A DNA stretch of 64,000 nucleotides from Escherichia phage SelmaRatti: the sequence record MZ501103, one strand, 5' to 3'. The translations under genes were made by a program, and so were the position numbers. The notes beneath the pieces were generated by a model that worked only from the letters and a program-made list of their open reading frames with translations, had not been told where the DNA came from and searched no databases. Positions 21,057 through 31,219 of this stretch are shown here, piece after piece; within the stretch, counting starts at the first letter, position 1; each line of letters starts with the position of its first letter.

Positions 21057-21062
21057 TAAATA

Positions 21063-21485
21063 ATGAGTACTGAAAATAGAGTTATAGACTTAGTGATAGA
21101 TGAGAAAGTACCTTATGGTCTAATGATGCAATTCTTAGATGTTGATGATAGTACTTATCCGCCTACAAATACCCCTGTTAACTTAACAGGGTATTCTCTA
21201 AGGGGTACTATAAAGGCCGGGCTTGACGAGAATGCGGAAACTTTGGCATCTTTTACTACTAAAATTATTGATGCTGCTCAAGGTGCTATAGCTATAAGTT
21301 TACCTGTAGAGGCGGTAGATAATATTGGTGAAAAAGCCACCAAAGAGAGAGATAAGTATAACCCTCGCCAACGTTTTGCAGGATACTATGATATAATTAT
21401 GACGCGAGATGTCATAGGATCAGCTATTAGCTCTTTTCGTATAATGGAGGGTAAAGTATTTATCAGTGATGGGGTAACTAGATAA
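21063..21485 (+). CDS. tail collar protein (p132-like)
   Basis: 140 aa between pb4-like and fibre genes; size and position as recalled for T5 p132. Confidence 0.6.
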   Translation: MSTENRVIDLVIDEKVPYGLMMQFLDVDDSTYPPTNTPVNLTGYSLRGTIKAGLDENAETLASFTTKIIDAAQGAIAISLPVEAVDNIGEKATKERDKYNPRQRFAGYYDIIMTRDVIGSAISSFRIMEGKVFISDGVTR

Positions 21486-23098
21486 TGGCAATAACTACTA
21501 AGATTATTGTACAACAAATATTAAATATTGATGATACTAAAGCTACTGCTAGTAAATTTCCTAGATACACAGTAACTCTTGGAAATTCTATTAGCTCTAT
21601 TACTGCTAATGAGTTAGTATCCTCTATAGATGCCGCTGCTGCTTCTGCTACACAGGCAGGTAATAGTGCTGTTGAGGCCGGGCAACAAGCTAGCAATGCT
21701 GCTGGTAGTGCAAATAGCTCTAGAGTAGAAGCAGACCGTGCAAAAGCAGAAGCAGACCGTGCGGAAATTGCAGCTAACAGGGCTCCGGATCTTCAACCCT
21801 TCCCTGACGTATGGATTCCCTTTAATGACTCGCTTGATATGCTTGCAGGTTACTCGCCAGGATACAAGAAAATAACAGTTGGTGAAGATGTTATTACAAT
21901 GCCCTCGGATAAGATTGTCAGTTTCTCACGTGCGTCAAATGCAACATACATAAATAAGCATGGTGAATTTTGCATTGCTAATATCGATGAACCTAGATTT
22001 GAAAAGCAAGGACTCTTGATTGAAGGGCAGAGGACAAATCACATTACTTTCAGTAACGACCCGGCTTCTTTAAATACGGATAGACATCGTCTCGATGTTA
22101 CATATGGTGTTGATAAGTGTGGTTTTACATACACAACGGCAACTGTAAACCAAAATGGTCAAGGTGATACGCCAAACCTATTTTATTGTGAAACAGCAAA
22201 TGCGATTAACTGTCAGAAAAATGAATATGTCTCTTTATCCATACGAGTAAAAGCAGGCCAGGATATTTATATTACCCCTCAATTTTATTTAGTAGGTGAG
22301 GACGGAGGACTTATTCTCGGCGCTAGATCTGTCATAAGTTGCGGAACCGGCGAAATTTCTTCTGTAGTAGAAGGGAGCGGGACTATAGCACATAGAATAT
22401 ATAGAGAAGACAACGGATGGTTGAAAGTTGAAGCTATGTGTAAATTTGTGGAGATTGGCGGAAATTCTATTGGTTCGGTGAATTATTGTCGGGTGGATGG
22501 TCAGCCTTTACAAGTTGGGGATGAAATATCATTTTGTAACCCGCAATTTGAAAAGGGTTTTTGTGCATCCTCCTTCATTATTACGGGAAGCACGCCTGCA
22601 ACAAGGGCTCTGGATTATGTTACTATACCTGCAAGAAATAATTTCTTCGGGACAAATATTTCATTCCTTGCTGAGGTAAGCGTTAACTGGGATAGCTTTC
22701 AATTAGATAATGTATACCCAATGATAGTGGATAACAATCACTACTTCGTAAGAGGAAAAGCATTTGTTGCGGAATTTGACAGAACCTCTGTTACACCTTA
22801 CACGTATGTGGTAACTGAGGACGGATCAACTATATTGTCCAGAGGTTATTCATTTGAAAAACAATTTTCTCCGCATGTATTTGGTTTTATTCTTAGTGGC
22901 GATGTAGATGTCACCTCGTTTGTTAATGGTAATAGGGGTGAGACCTCACACGGTTTTACATGGAAAGGAACGGACTCGGATGCGCTAGTAGAAATAGGCG
23001 GTAGACTTTCAGACTCAACTAAATTGTATGGTCATATTCGTAACCTTAGAATATGGAATCGAGTATTAACGGATAATCAAATGCGGGAGAAGGTTTAA
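21485..23098 (+). CDS. side tail fibre protein, proximal part
   Basis: 537 aa; Ala/Ser-rich N-terminus with heptad coiled-coil repeat EADRAKAEADRAEIA; lies where T5 has a single long ltf gene. Confidence 0.7.
   Translation: MAITTKIIVQQILNIDDTKATASKFPRYTVTLGNSISSITANELVSSIDAAAASATQAGNSAVEAGQQASNAAGSANSSRVEADRAKAEADRAEIAANRAPDLQPFPDVWIPFNDSLDMLAGYSPGYKKITVGEDVITMPSDKIVSFSRASNATYINKHGEFCIANIDEPRFEKQGLLIEGQRTNHITFSNDPASLNTDRHRLDVTYGVDKCGFTYTTATVNQNGQGDTPNLFYCETANAINCQKNEYVSLSIRVKAGQDIYITPQFYLVGEDGGLILGARSVISCGTGEISSVVEGSGTIAHRIYREDNGWLKVEAMCKFVEIGGNSIGSVNYCRVDGQPLQVGDEISFCNPQFEKGFCASSFIITGSTPATRALDYVTIPARNNFFGTNISFLAEVSVNWDSFQLDNVYPMIVDNNHYFVRGKAFVAEFDRTSVTPYTYVVTEDGSTILSRGYSFEKQFSPHVFGFILSGDVDVTSFVNGNRGETSHGFTWKGTDSDALVEIGGRLSDSTKLYGHIRNLRIWNRVLTDNQMREKV
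21728..21762 (+). repeat. 14-bp direct repeat (gaagcagaccgtgc x2, 21-bp period) inside tail fibre gene
   Basis: encodes EADRAKA/EADRAEI heptads of the fibre coiled-coil. Confidence 0.6.
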
Positions 23099-23099
23099 A

Positions 23100-23366
23100 A
23101 TGAAAGATATTAATCTACAATTTAAAGACGAAGAGCATTATCGAGATGCTATCATTAATAGTAAGTGGCTTAAGACAAACTATGGTAAAGTGTTTGTAGA
23201 TGAAATTGGTTTTATTCCCGTGGTAGATGACCCTAAAAGTAAAACCCCTGCTATTATTGGTAAAGAAGGTTATTACATAAATATAAGGATAATAGGAGAT
23301 AACATAGACTTGTCAGACATCGAACAATTCATTATTGAGAATCCCGGTGTACGCAAATGGGCATAA
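23100..23366 (+). CDS. hypothetical protein between the two fibre genes
   Basis: 88-aa ORF starting 2 nt after the upstream stop. Confidence 0.4.
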   Translation: MKDINLQFKDEEHYRDAIINSKWLKTNYGKVFVDEIGFIPVVDDPKSKTPAIIGKEGYYINIRIIGDNIDLSDIEQFIIENPGVRKWA

Positions 23367-23376
23367 GAGGTGATCA

Positions 23377-25125
23377 ATGACTACTTATACTAATATCCCA
23401 CAGGATATTACAAAACTTAAAGACGAAAAGATGGATAAAAACAACAATTTATCCGATCTTGCAGACCGTGCAGCAGCATGGTTAAATGTGCGGCCTATTG
23501 GGTCCACCCCTCTTGCGGGGGATCCTGTTGGGGACTATGATGCCGCAACTAAACGTTGGGTAGAAAATAAGATTAACACCGGTACAGTCGGTCCCACCAT
23601 GAATGGTGTTATGAATTACGGCGTTGGTGATTTCCACCTTCGAGATAGTCGTGCGTATATTCAACCATACGAAGTCGTTTCTGACGGACAGCTTCTTAAT
23701 AGGGCTGACTGGCCTGAATTGTGGGCGTACGCGCAAATGGTTGGGGCCATAGATGATTCAGTTTGGTTAGCAGATAAATTTCAGCGTGGCAGATACTCAT
23801 TGGGTGATGGAACAACAACCTTTCGTGTTCCAGATAGAAATGGGGTGCAACAAGGATCAATACGTGCTCTTTATGGTCGTGGTGATGGTGGGAATAGTGG
23901 TGCAAATGGCCAACTATTTGAATCAGCTGCGCCTAATATAACAGGTATTGTTCCTAGCTACTCAAGTACTAGCTACGCTCAGGTATTTGGGGCTGCTGCT
24001 GCCGGTGCATTCTTTGTTAATAATGGGATTTTTCCTAGTGGGGATGGGGATGCGATCCCCAGTACAGGAAATATTGCATTAACTGGTCGCTATAATACAT
24101 TAAATTTTGACGCCTCACACTCAAGCCCGATCTATGGGGCATCAACTGACGAAATCCTTACACGAAACTTTGTCGGCGTTTGGGTGATTCGCGCATCTGG
24201 TGGATTTGTTGCCGCGAATACGCAATGGCAAGTCATCAATGCTGATGCTGTTCGCCCAGGGTCTGTAGTGAAGGCATCTTCTGGGCAGGTAAAGGCACAA
24301 TACAAAATTGGGACGACAGTTGAAGCAGAAGCAGGATTGCGATGCGATGCATACATGGATGATGTGTATTACGCAATAATGTCTGTATACAACAAAACAA
24401 AAGGGGTGACAAAAAACCTTGCCTTTGATGATACAGGTACATTAAACTCTGATAGATATAGCGCCCGCTATGGGACTATGATGGCTTGGAGTGAAACAGG
24501 TCTTGTTAAAGGTACATTTAGTACAGAAGAACAGGCTATTGGAACAAATTACGCTTTTAACAGTATTTTGAGTGGTTCCCAGTATTCTAATGCGGGGTAT
24601 AAAACATCTGCACATTTTGGATTAATTCATAATGACTTGGGTTCCTTTGCTGATTCTTGCTGGCACGTATCGGGAGACGCAGATAACAAATATGGTGTAC
24701 GTTTAAAAATTCAACCGAACAATAATAGTATTTATTTCTATTCTTGGTGGCCCAATGGCGCAGCAACGTATACTCTGCAGTTAAATGCTATATCTGATTC
24801 TCGTTTAAAGCATGATATTAAAGCTATAGATGCAACTAAGTCCATCGAGGTATTAAAAGGATTAGAATTCCAGTCCTTTATATACAACAATGATGAAGAA
24901 TCCCGTATCCGACGTGGGGTTATTGCTCAGCAAGTAGAGACTATAGAGCCACTCTATGTAAAGACTAGAAGATTCTATAATGATGACGGAGTAGAACAGG
25001 AGCAAAAGGAATTAGATACAACTCCAATGCTTCTTGACACTATGCATGTTGTGCAAGATCTTATTAAAAGGGTTGAAGACTTAGAGGAAGAACTCAAGCA
25101 ATTAAGAGCAAACCTAGTGCAGTAA
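23377..25125 (+). CDS. tail fibre protein with tail-collar domain and C-terminal intramolecular chaperone (peptidase S74-like)
   Basis: N-terminal LSDLADRAAAW...DAATKRWV fibre motif; collar-like LNRADWPELWAYA...GDGTTTFRVPDRNG; C-terminal SDSRLKHDI...coiled-coil typical of auto-cleaving chaperone domain. Confidence 0.8.
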   Translation: MTTYTNIPQDITKLKDEKMDKNNNLSDLADRAAAWLNVRPIGSTPLAGDPVGDYDAATKRWVENKINTGTVGPTMNGVMNYGVGDFHLRDSRAYIQPYEVVSDGQLLNRADWPELWAYAQMVGAIDDSVWLADKFQRGRYSLGDGTTTFRVPDRNGVQQGSIRALYGRGDGGNSGANGQLFESAAPNITGIVPSYSSTSYAQVFGAAAAGAFFVNNGIFPSGDGDAIPSTGNIALTGRYNTLNFDASHSSPIYGASTDEILTRNFVGVWVIRASGGFVAANTQWQVINADAVRPGSVVKASSGQVKAQYKIGTTVEAEAGLRCDAYMDDVYYAIMSVYNKTKGVTKNLAFDDTGTLNSDRYSARYGTMMAWSETGLVKGTFSTEEQAIGTNYAFNSILSGSQYSNAGYKTSAHFGLIHNDLGSFADSCWHVSGDADNKYGVRLKIQPNNNSIYFYSWWPNGAATYTLQLNAISDSRLKHDIKAIDATKSIEVLKGLEFQSFIYNNDEESRIRRGVIAQQVETIEPLYVKTRRFYNDDGVEQEQKELDTTPMLLDTMHVVQDLIKRVEDLEEELKQLRANLVQ

Positions 25126-25131
25126 TGTAAG

Positions 25132-25164
25132 AAAACCCCGGTGGACAAAATCCACCGGGGTTTT
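25132..25164. terminator. bidirectional rho-independent terminator between convergent late (+) and early (-) modules
   Basis: AAAACCCCGGTGGA caaaa TCCACCGGGGTTTT: 10-bp GC stem flanked by A-run and T-run. Confidence 0.8.
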
Positions 25165-25168
25165 TCTA

Positions 25169-25432
25169 TTACTTGCTTCTACAACCTTCTATAATACCAA
25201 GATTATAAATAGTTAGTAGTAATTTTAACTGCTCATTATCAGTATTAGTACAACGCTCTACAAAACCTTCAGGATCCCAGAAAGTAACATTACCTTCTTT
25301 ATCCGTTCTTAGCACAAATGTTTCTGGTTCAGTAGTTTTAATCTGATAAGTTGACTTATTAGTATCAATACCTACCATATTAGAATCAGTAAAATTATTT
25401 GCTTCCTGAACTTCCAAATCCGCCTTCCCCAC
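25169..25432 (-). CDS. hypothetical protein
   Basis: 87-aa ORF (GTG start) overlapping the 3' end of dut. Confidence 0.35.
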   Translation of the reverse strand: MGKADLEVQEANNFTDSNMVGIDTNKSTYQIKTTEPETFVLRTDKEGNVTFWDPEGFVERCTNTDNEQLKLLLTIYNLGIIEGCRSK

Positions 25433-25841
25433 GATCAGTCTCCCCTAGTTCGTCAACAATTTCAAAATTATGAGTTGAGTAGTGTGGTACTACTACCAGC
25501 TGACAAAGTCTTTCAAAATTCTCCAGAGTTTGAATTTCAGAACCATAGTTATAAAGGTTCATCTTAATAGTTCCACGATAGTCTGAGTCGATCACTCCCG
25601 CGGTATTTGCAATCATCAGATGACGCTTACCTAAAGAGCTGCGAGGAACTACCAAACCGAACCAACCTCGCGGAATTTCTACCGCGACACCGGTGTCAAT
25701 CATTAAGGATTTGCCTGGTGCAATAGCGCGTAAATCTGCGGCAGGATTAGTACCAAAGAATGCTCGCAGATCCATACCTGCGGCATCTTCGGAACCAATC
25801 TTAGGCATACAATCTGGATGAGTTAGTTTAATTTTAATCAT
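25395..25841 (-). CDS. dut: dUTP diphosphatase
   Basis: 148 aa; dUTPase motifs AGMDLRA, PRSSLG, GVIDSDYRG, C-terminal RGEGGFGSSG. Confidence 0.9.
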   Translation of the reverse strand: MIKIKLTHPDCMPKIGSEDAAGMDLRAFFGTNPAADLRAIAPGKSLMIDTGVAVEIPRGWFGLVVPRSSLGKRHLMIANTAGVIDSDYRGTIKMNLYNYGSEIQTLENFERLCQLVVVPHYSTHNFEIVDELGETDRGEGGFGSSGSK

Positions 25842-26713
25842 TGTTTTGCAATCTCCAAAATATCTTTTGTAAACTTATCTAGTACATCTTGACCTACAGC
25901 AGCAATAGCATCCACACAGTAGGTAGGTAAATCAACCAGAATTAGGTTTCGGTAAAGCAACTCTTCCGAAGCATTTAAATTCTGTATATATTTCTGCTTT
26001 CCAGGCAGTGGAAGCTGATCAATAATATCCAGAACGTTACCAAATTCACGAATAATGTTATACCCGCGTTTTGCCCCAATACCTTCAACACCACGGATAT
26101 TATCCCCTAAATCACCCATAATTGCTTTCAGAGAGATAAACTGCTCCACATCATCAACATTATGATGCTCATACATATCACGAAGATGGTATTCACGACG
26201 TGTTGTGAAAGAGAAGCGAGATACTTTATCAGTTAATAAAGTATCCCAGTCACCATCGGTAGAAATTAGCCAAACATGATCATAAAGATGCCCAATCAGC
26301 TTAACAATATAAGCTGCCATATCATCTGCTTCTACGCCACGAATAGTGAAGGTTGGAAATGTAGTTTCACATAGTTCGAAAGCATCTTTCAAATACTCGA
26401 AGAACTGCTCATCTAACGCTTTCTCCTCTTCCGTACGCTGAGAGTATTTCTCATCTCGATTCCCTTTATACTCTGGAAGATGCTCTAAGCGGAATGCAGA
26501 CTTCCCTTTATCTCCTAAAACTATTGTAGTTCTAGCAGAATAAGATTTTGCTAGAGATTGAATCGTAGAAACATAACTTGAGGCAAATGGTTTTTTACTA
26601 TTGTTATGCTTGAAGCGAAAGCCTAAGTTAGTTCCATCAACAATCATTAGATTACGACGGGAAGCCATTTCAGCTTCCTCTTCTTCAATAAATTTTCCCC
26701 AGGATTTACTCAT
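25838..26713 (-). CDS. flap endonuclease / 5'-3' exonuclease (T5 D15-like)
   Basis: 291 aa; N-terminal acidic nuclease motifs (MIVDGTNLGFR...VLGDKGKS), HhH region; ATGA overlap with dut. Confidence 0.85.
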   Translation of the reverse strand: MSKSWGKFIEEEEAEMASRRNLMIVDGTNLGFRFKHNNSKKPFASSYVSTIQSLAKSYSARTTIVLGDKGKSAFRLEHLPEYKGNRDEKYSQRTEEEKALDEQFFEYLKDAFELCETTFPTFTIRGVEADDMAAYIVKLIGHLYDHVWLISTDGDWDTLLTDKVSRFSFTTRREYHLRDMYEHHNVDDVEQFISLKAIMGDLGDNIRGVEGIGAKRGYNIIREFGNVLDIIDQLPLPGKQKYIQNLNASEELLYRNLILVDLPTYCVDAIAAVGQDVLDKFTKDILEIAKQ

Positions 26714-27195
26714 TATTTAGTTAAGTCCTCAACAGATGCATGATGTAGCCACGGCTCAAATAAACCAATTACGATTTCCATGTCTTTCTTATTTAACACC
26801 ATATGGGTACGACTCATTAAGTTGTCAACCATCGGGTCTGAGCTATCCAAAGCTATTAACCACTGTCCTCTGTCTTTCTTGAATATTAATGCAGGTTTTG
26901 AGTTCATCTGCTCACCTTCGCGTGAGCACTGCTGCCACCACTTCTCTAGAGTGGATTCACCAACATTAAATAAATTACTTGATATATTATCATCTTTATA
27001 CCACTTAACTTCGAAGCAGTATTTACTAATGTGTCCACTTTGTGGTGGAAGGTAGATGTCACCCTTCAGTCCATGGCTCTGGCCAAAAGCACCAGAGCCA
27101 GGAACACGTTCCCACTCAAGACCTGTACGCTCACGTAGAATATCTCTTACCTGATATTCACCGCGTTTACCTTTCTCTCTACTATCTACAGCCAT
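26713..27195 (-). CDS. hypothetical protein (T5 D14-like, nuclease-associated)
   Basis: 160-aa ORF between SbcC-like and flap endonuclease genes. Confidence 0.45.
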   Translation of the reverse strand: MAVDSREKGKRGEYQVRDILRERTGLEWERVPGSGAFGQSHGLKGDIYLPPQSGHISKYCFEVKWYKDDNISSNLFNVGESTLEKWWQQCSREGEQMNSKPALIFKKDRGQWLIALDSSDPMVDNLMSRTHMVLNKKDMEIVIGLFEPWLHHASVEDLTK

Positions 27196-27198
27196 GTT

Positions 27199-29037
27199 TT
27201 ATTCTAAGTAGGAAAATCCTTCTGCATCTTTTTTGACAGTAATCTTATGAGCTAGGGGATGCGTATGCCCATGAGAAACAATGATAGAATTTAGACTTTC
27301 TTCCTCATTTAATAGCTCAACTAGGGTGTCAAGTCCTTTAGTATCAATAAAGCTAATTACTTCATCAAGGAATAGAAGATTAATATTAACTTTACTAATA
27401 GATGTTAACAGCATCCGAATAGCTAACAGGGTTGCTAGATTAATTCTACTTTGCTGACCAGTAGAGCAGTTCTCCATACTAGTACGATTTCCATCATTGA
27501 AGATTACTACTTGTAATTTTGTTTCATCAAGTTCAAATCCAAGTGCGAACTTACCGCCAGTCATAATGGAAAGGTATTTATTAATTAGTTCTTCAAATAC
27601 TTTCACACTATGCTCTAGCTTATATCCTACTAGATTTTTCAATGCGGTGATCAGAATATCGAGATCAGCAACAGCTTCTGATACTCCATCCAGTTTGGAA
27701 GTAATCTCAGACATTTCTGCTTCAGCTTTCTCAATCTGTTCTAGTTTCGCCCTATATTTTGCATTGGCTAATTCAACATTTGCATTATGCTCTTTGGCAA
27801 TTGCAACCTTAGAACGGCCATCAGCGATTTCCTGTTCTAGTTGTCGGATTTGCACCTGTAGGTTTTGCACATTGAGTTCTTCAAAAGAAGTATCACTCAT
27901 TGAATCTTTGAACTCGTCTCTAACTACCACTGCTTTATCCAAAGCATCCTTTGCTCTAGTATACGCAACGTACTCAAGTTGTTCTTTCTTCAACTGTTCT
28001 AGCTTAGCTTCAAGAGATTGCTTCTCTTTGAACAGAGGATCATATTCTGTTCTAGCCATATCCATTGCTTTTTGAGCAGCAGTTGTATCCAGATGGGTAC
28101 CACAGGTTGGGCATTCAGTATTTGAAGCCTCTTGCTTGAACTTCTGATAACGTTTCTTAACTTCGCCCGCACGTGAGGTCACAATCGTTAGGTCACGCGT
28201 AACACTCGAGATCTCTTCATTTTGGTCAGTGGGCGCGGGTAAATTTTTGAAAGGCTCGAAAGATTGTTCGGCAACTTGTACAGCTTTGTCCAAATTACGC
28301 AATTTAGTAATATTAGCCTCTTGAGACTTGGCTAATGCCGCCTTAATTTTCGATTCAGTAAGTTCTTGTGCTAATGGCTCTTCATCAAACTCTGGTACTT
28401 CTACAGGTTCCTGCAAAGTTCCCAGATTATTCTTTCCATTAAGGATTTTAGTAATTACAGCCATTTGGCCATGCAAATTATTTAAGGTATTTGCTATTTC
28501 TTTACGGTCAGCCTTAATAGTTTCTGACATTTCTTTGTATTGCTCTTGATTGAACAAGTTAACAAGAAAAGCCTTACGTGTTGCATCTGTTGCTTTTAGG
28601 AAGTCTAGATTAGAACCCACTGATTGATAAATCAGTTTGGTGAATGTTTGAAAGTCACCACCCATAATTTCTTCAATCATCTTATATGTTTGGGTTGCCG
28701 TATGCCCACTAATATCTTCCCCATTCTTAATCAACGTTACTTTAGCAGTTGATTTAACTACTTTATGCAATTCATACTCATCTTCATCTTTTGAGAAGTA
28801 AGCGTGCATATCATACTCTTTTTTCGGAGTAGACCAGGAGAACAGAGCATCCTTCTTAATGCCGCGCGAGTTCTTATTATAAAATAGTTCTTCAATAACA
28901 GTAGCAATAGTGGATTTCCCTAGCCCATTGCCACCAATTAGTTGAGTAACTGGATTCTTATCGAAATGAATTACGATGTCCTTACCGTAAGACATAACGT
29001 TACTAAATTTTAGTGTCTTAATTGTAATCTTTGACAT
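27199..29037 (-). CDS. SbcC/Rad50-like ATPase subunit of recombination nuclease (D13-like)
   Basis: Walker A GGNGLGKST, central coiled-coil with CPTCG zinc hook, C-terminal LLFLDEV D-loop; start moved to ATG at 29037 (MSKITIK). Confidence 0.85.
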   Translation of the reverse strand: MSKITIKTLKFSNVMSYGKDIVIHFDKNPVTQLIGGNGLGKSTIATVIEELFYNKNSRGIKKDALFSWSTPKKEYDMHAYFSKDEDEYELHKVVKSTAKVTLIKNGEDISGHTATQTYKMIEEIMGGDFQTFTKLIYQSVGSNLDFLKATDATRKAFLVNLFNQEQYKEMSETIKADRKEIANTLNNLHGQMAVITKILNGKNNLGTLQEPVEVPEFDEEPLAQELTESKIKAALAKSQEANITKLRNLDKAVQVAEQSFEPFKNLPAPTDQNEEISSVTRDLTIVTSRAGEVKKRYQKFKQEASNTECPTCGTHLDTTAAQKAMDMARTEYDPLFKEKQSLEAKLEQLKKEQLEYVAYTRAKDALDKAVVVRDEFKDSMSDTSFEELNVQNLQVQIRQLEQEIADGRSKVAIAKEHNANVELANAKYRAKLEQIEKAEAEMSEITSKLDGVSEAVADLDILITALKNLVGYKLEHSVKVFEELINKYLSIMTGGKFALGFELDETKLQVVIFNDGNRTSMENCSTGQQSRINLATLLAIRMLLTSISKVNINLLFLDEVISFIDTKGLDTLVELLNEEESLNSIIVSHGHTHPLAHKITVKKDAEGFSYLE

Positions 29038-29995
29038 ATTTCGCAGCTCTAGCCAAGATTCTATCAATGTCACCTTGAGATAGCTTCTCGACTTCACGGA
29101 AGTAAAGTTCAAGTTCACCTAACATATCAAGATCAACAAGATTTAACTTAGCGTCTTTAGTAACTCGATGGTTAATCTTCTTATCTAATAAATCAGAATC
29201 TTTGATTGACTTTAATTGAACAACGTCACCAGTAACTTCATAGACTACACGATCATAATCACTAGGTTCCATCTCTTCACCAGCTACAATTGTTTTACGA
29301 ATAAGTTGTGGTAAATCACCTAGTTCAATCCATTCTACTTTTAATGTGTCGGTATCAACGATAAAGCAACCATTTGTACCTTTTGTGCGTTCTCTATGGA
29401 ACGATGTAGTTAATGGAGACCCTGGGTAGAGGAGTCTAGTAGATCCGATAGTCTGGCTATTAGTATAAGAATGTAAATCGCCAGCAATTACAGTATCATA
29501 ACAGTTGTACTTAGTTAGATCAATTTCTGGTTTTACATGTGGAGGGATTTCACCACGAACATGCGTGAAACATAGTTTTGATTCAGGAGATTTCCACTTA
29601 GATTTATGGATCTCATCATATGGAACAATATCAAATTCAGGGGAGCGATATGGTTTGGTAATTACTTCCCACTTACCACTCGTTACCTTATTAATAACTC
29701 CTGCATAATGATACAGACATGAAATAGTTTTAGTTATTAATTCATGATTACCTGTAAATACCATTCCTATATGATCTAGCCTAGACATAAATTTTTCTAG
29801 AAGTTCTACTTCTTCCGACGACGGGTCGGAATGATCAAATAAATCACCACCAATAATATGCAAATCACAGTTATGATTATGGAATATATTATTTAGACGG
29901 TCTCCCAGCATTAAGAATCTTTTCTTCTGCCATTCTTTGGGAATTTTATCTTGCCCAAGTTTGATATGATGATCAGCACTAAATAATATTCTCAT
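29018..29995 (-). CDS. SbcD/Mre11-like nuclease subunit (D12-like)
   Basis: 325 aa; metallophosphoesterase motifs ADHH, GDLFDH, GNHE. Confidence 0.85.
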   Translation of the reverse strand: MRILFSADHHIKLGQDKIPKEWQKKRFLMLGDRLNNIFHNHNCDLHIIGGDLFDHSDPSSEEVELLEKFMSRLDHIGMVFTGNHELITKTISCLYHYAGVINKVTSGKWEVITKPYRSPEFDIVPYDEIHKSKWKSPESKLCFTHVRGEIPPHVKPEIDLTKYNCYDTVIAGDLHSYTNSQTIGSTRLLYPGSPLTTSFHRERTKGTNGCFIVDTDTLKVEWIELGDLPQLIRKTIVAGEEMEPSDYDRVVYEVTGDVVQLKSIKDSDLLDKKINHRVTKDAKLNLVDLDMLGELELYFREVEKLSQGDIDRILARAAKYVKDYN

Positions 29996-30000
29996 ATGTT

Positions 30001-30024
30001 AAAAAGAAAGGGGGCGAAGCCCCT
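30001..30024 (-). terminator. GC hairpin with U-tract between SSB-like gene and sbcD-like gene
   Basis: stem GGGGC/GCCCC with GAA loop, U-rich tail on - strand. Confidence 0.45.
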
Positions 30025-30031
30025 CTATTTA

Positions 30032-30805
30032 TTAGTCGTCCAGATCGCTTGCAGCTTCGTGGTCAATACCTTTCTGGGAACCTGCATTGCTATTACCAGA
30101 TTTGGCATCATCATCTTTATTCTCACGACCTTCCATGAAGGCTTGAATTGCTTCTTTCTGCTCTTCATAGGTAGGAACCGGATAGGTTTGTTCCAGAGAA
30201 GGGACTTTCTCAAACTTAATGATGTCGCCATCTTCATCACACATAGCTTCACCAATCAGATCTACATCTGCAGCATGTTGCTTAGATTCTGCACTGTTAG
30301 GATCTTGCAGCTTAATCTGGAACTGCATAGCAGCAATCTGCTGTACATCATACTCAGTATCGAAACCTTTGCCTTTTTTCTCGATAGAAATATCAATATC
30401 AAACGGAGTTGCCAGATTCAGCTGCTTCATGATAGACTGGATGCCTTTCAGAATAGTAGCTTTGACTTCCATTACTTTCAGTTTGTTATCAGAACGGTCG
30501 ATAACAAAAGCGATATAGTTTTTCTTCGGTTTCAGCGGAACGCGATTGCCATCTTTATCCAGCTCTTTCTCGAAGAAGCCCATCTCATGAACTGGATCAG
30601 CTTTACCACGAACAAAGCTCTCTTTGTCACGGTTAAAACGGAGACATTCAAAAGGAGCTACGTTACCCTCTTTATTAGTCAGCCAATAGACATAACGTGG
30701 AAGAACACCAGAAACGATACGAACACGAGTGATACCGTTGTTGAACTTCAGGAATTCGATTTTATCGTTAGAACCGCCAGTAGTTTCGCCCCAAGACTTA
30801 GCCAT
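30032..30805 (-). CDS. putative single-stranded DNA-binding protein (gp2.5-like) with acidic C-terminal tail
   Basis: 257 aa; C-terminus ...EAASDLDD, basic/aromatic central region; position in replication module. Confidence 0.4.
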   Translation of the reverse strand: MAKSWGETTGGSNDKIEFLKFNNGITRVRIVSGVLPRYVYWLTNKEGNVAPFECLRFNRDKESFVRGKADPVHEMGFFEKELDKDGNRVPLKPKKNYIAFVIDRSDNKLKVMEVKATILKGIQSIMKQLNLATPFDIDISIEKKGKGFDTEYDVQQIAAMQFQIKLQDPNSAESKQHAADVDLIGEAMCDEDGDIIKFEKVPSLEQTYPVPTYEEQKEAIQAFMEGRENKDDDAKSGNSNAGSQKGIDHEAASDLDD

Positions 30806-31082
30806 ATTTTATTTCCTCTTTAAAGATTAATTTAGATTTGTTAATCGCGATTAGTGGGTTAGTGTCGATTACTAAACGTGGTATCCATACTGGAACATAT
30901 TGTATGTCCAAACTAGGATCGTTTGTAAACTTGTATTCGGCATAATTTCGTAGACTTAAAATTCCTAGATATTCTGCCAGTTGTCTATTAGACAATTTAT
31001 TTGGATTATCAACTATTGTTGATTCATTCAAAATGAATGAGGAACCGACCAATAATTGGTGAGCATCAGGCTCTGTAAGCAT
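30798..31082 (-). CDS. hypothetical protein
   Basis: 94-aa ORF downstream of a strong promoter. Confidence 0.4.
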   Translation of the reverse strand: MLTEPDAHQLLVGSSFILNESTIVDNPNKLSNRQLAEYLGILSLRNYAEYKFTNDPSLDIQYVPVWIPRLVIDTNPLIAINKSKLIFKEEIKYG

Positions 31083-31189
31083 TCTTTTGAATAGCTTAAT
31101 AATTAGGTCGGAATTTCCTCTAGCTAGTAAGTATAGCTTTTCATAATCGAAGAATTTAATTTTTGTTTTCTCCTCGAATTTATGTATAT

Positions 31190-31219
31190 ATTATACTAGA
31201 TTTCGAGAGAATTTAGCAA
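31190..31219 (-). promoter_or_regulatory. T5-type early promoter (TTGCTA-18-TATAAT) with conserved A+T leader
   Basis: reverse complement reads TTGCTA...TATAATATATACATAAATTCGAGGAG. Confidence 0.65.

Noticed and set aside
27497-28075. 192-aa + strand ORF antisense to the SbcC-like gene
   Set aside because: Ser-rich low-complexity translation and no start context; the - strand product has clear ABC-ATPase motifs.
29996-30823. 275-aa + strand ORF overlapping the SSB-like gene
   Set aside because: The - strand ORF has protein-like composition and fits the operon; the + strand translation is hydrophobic and low-complexity with no promoter or RBS.
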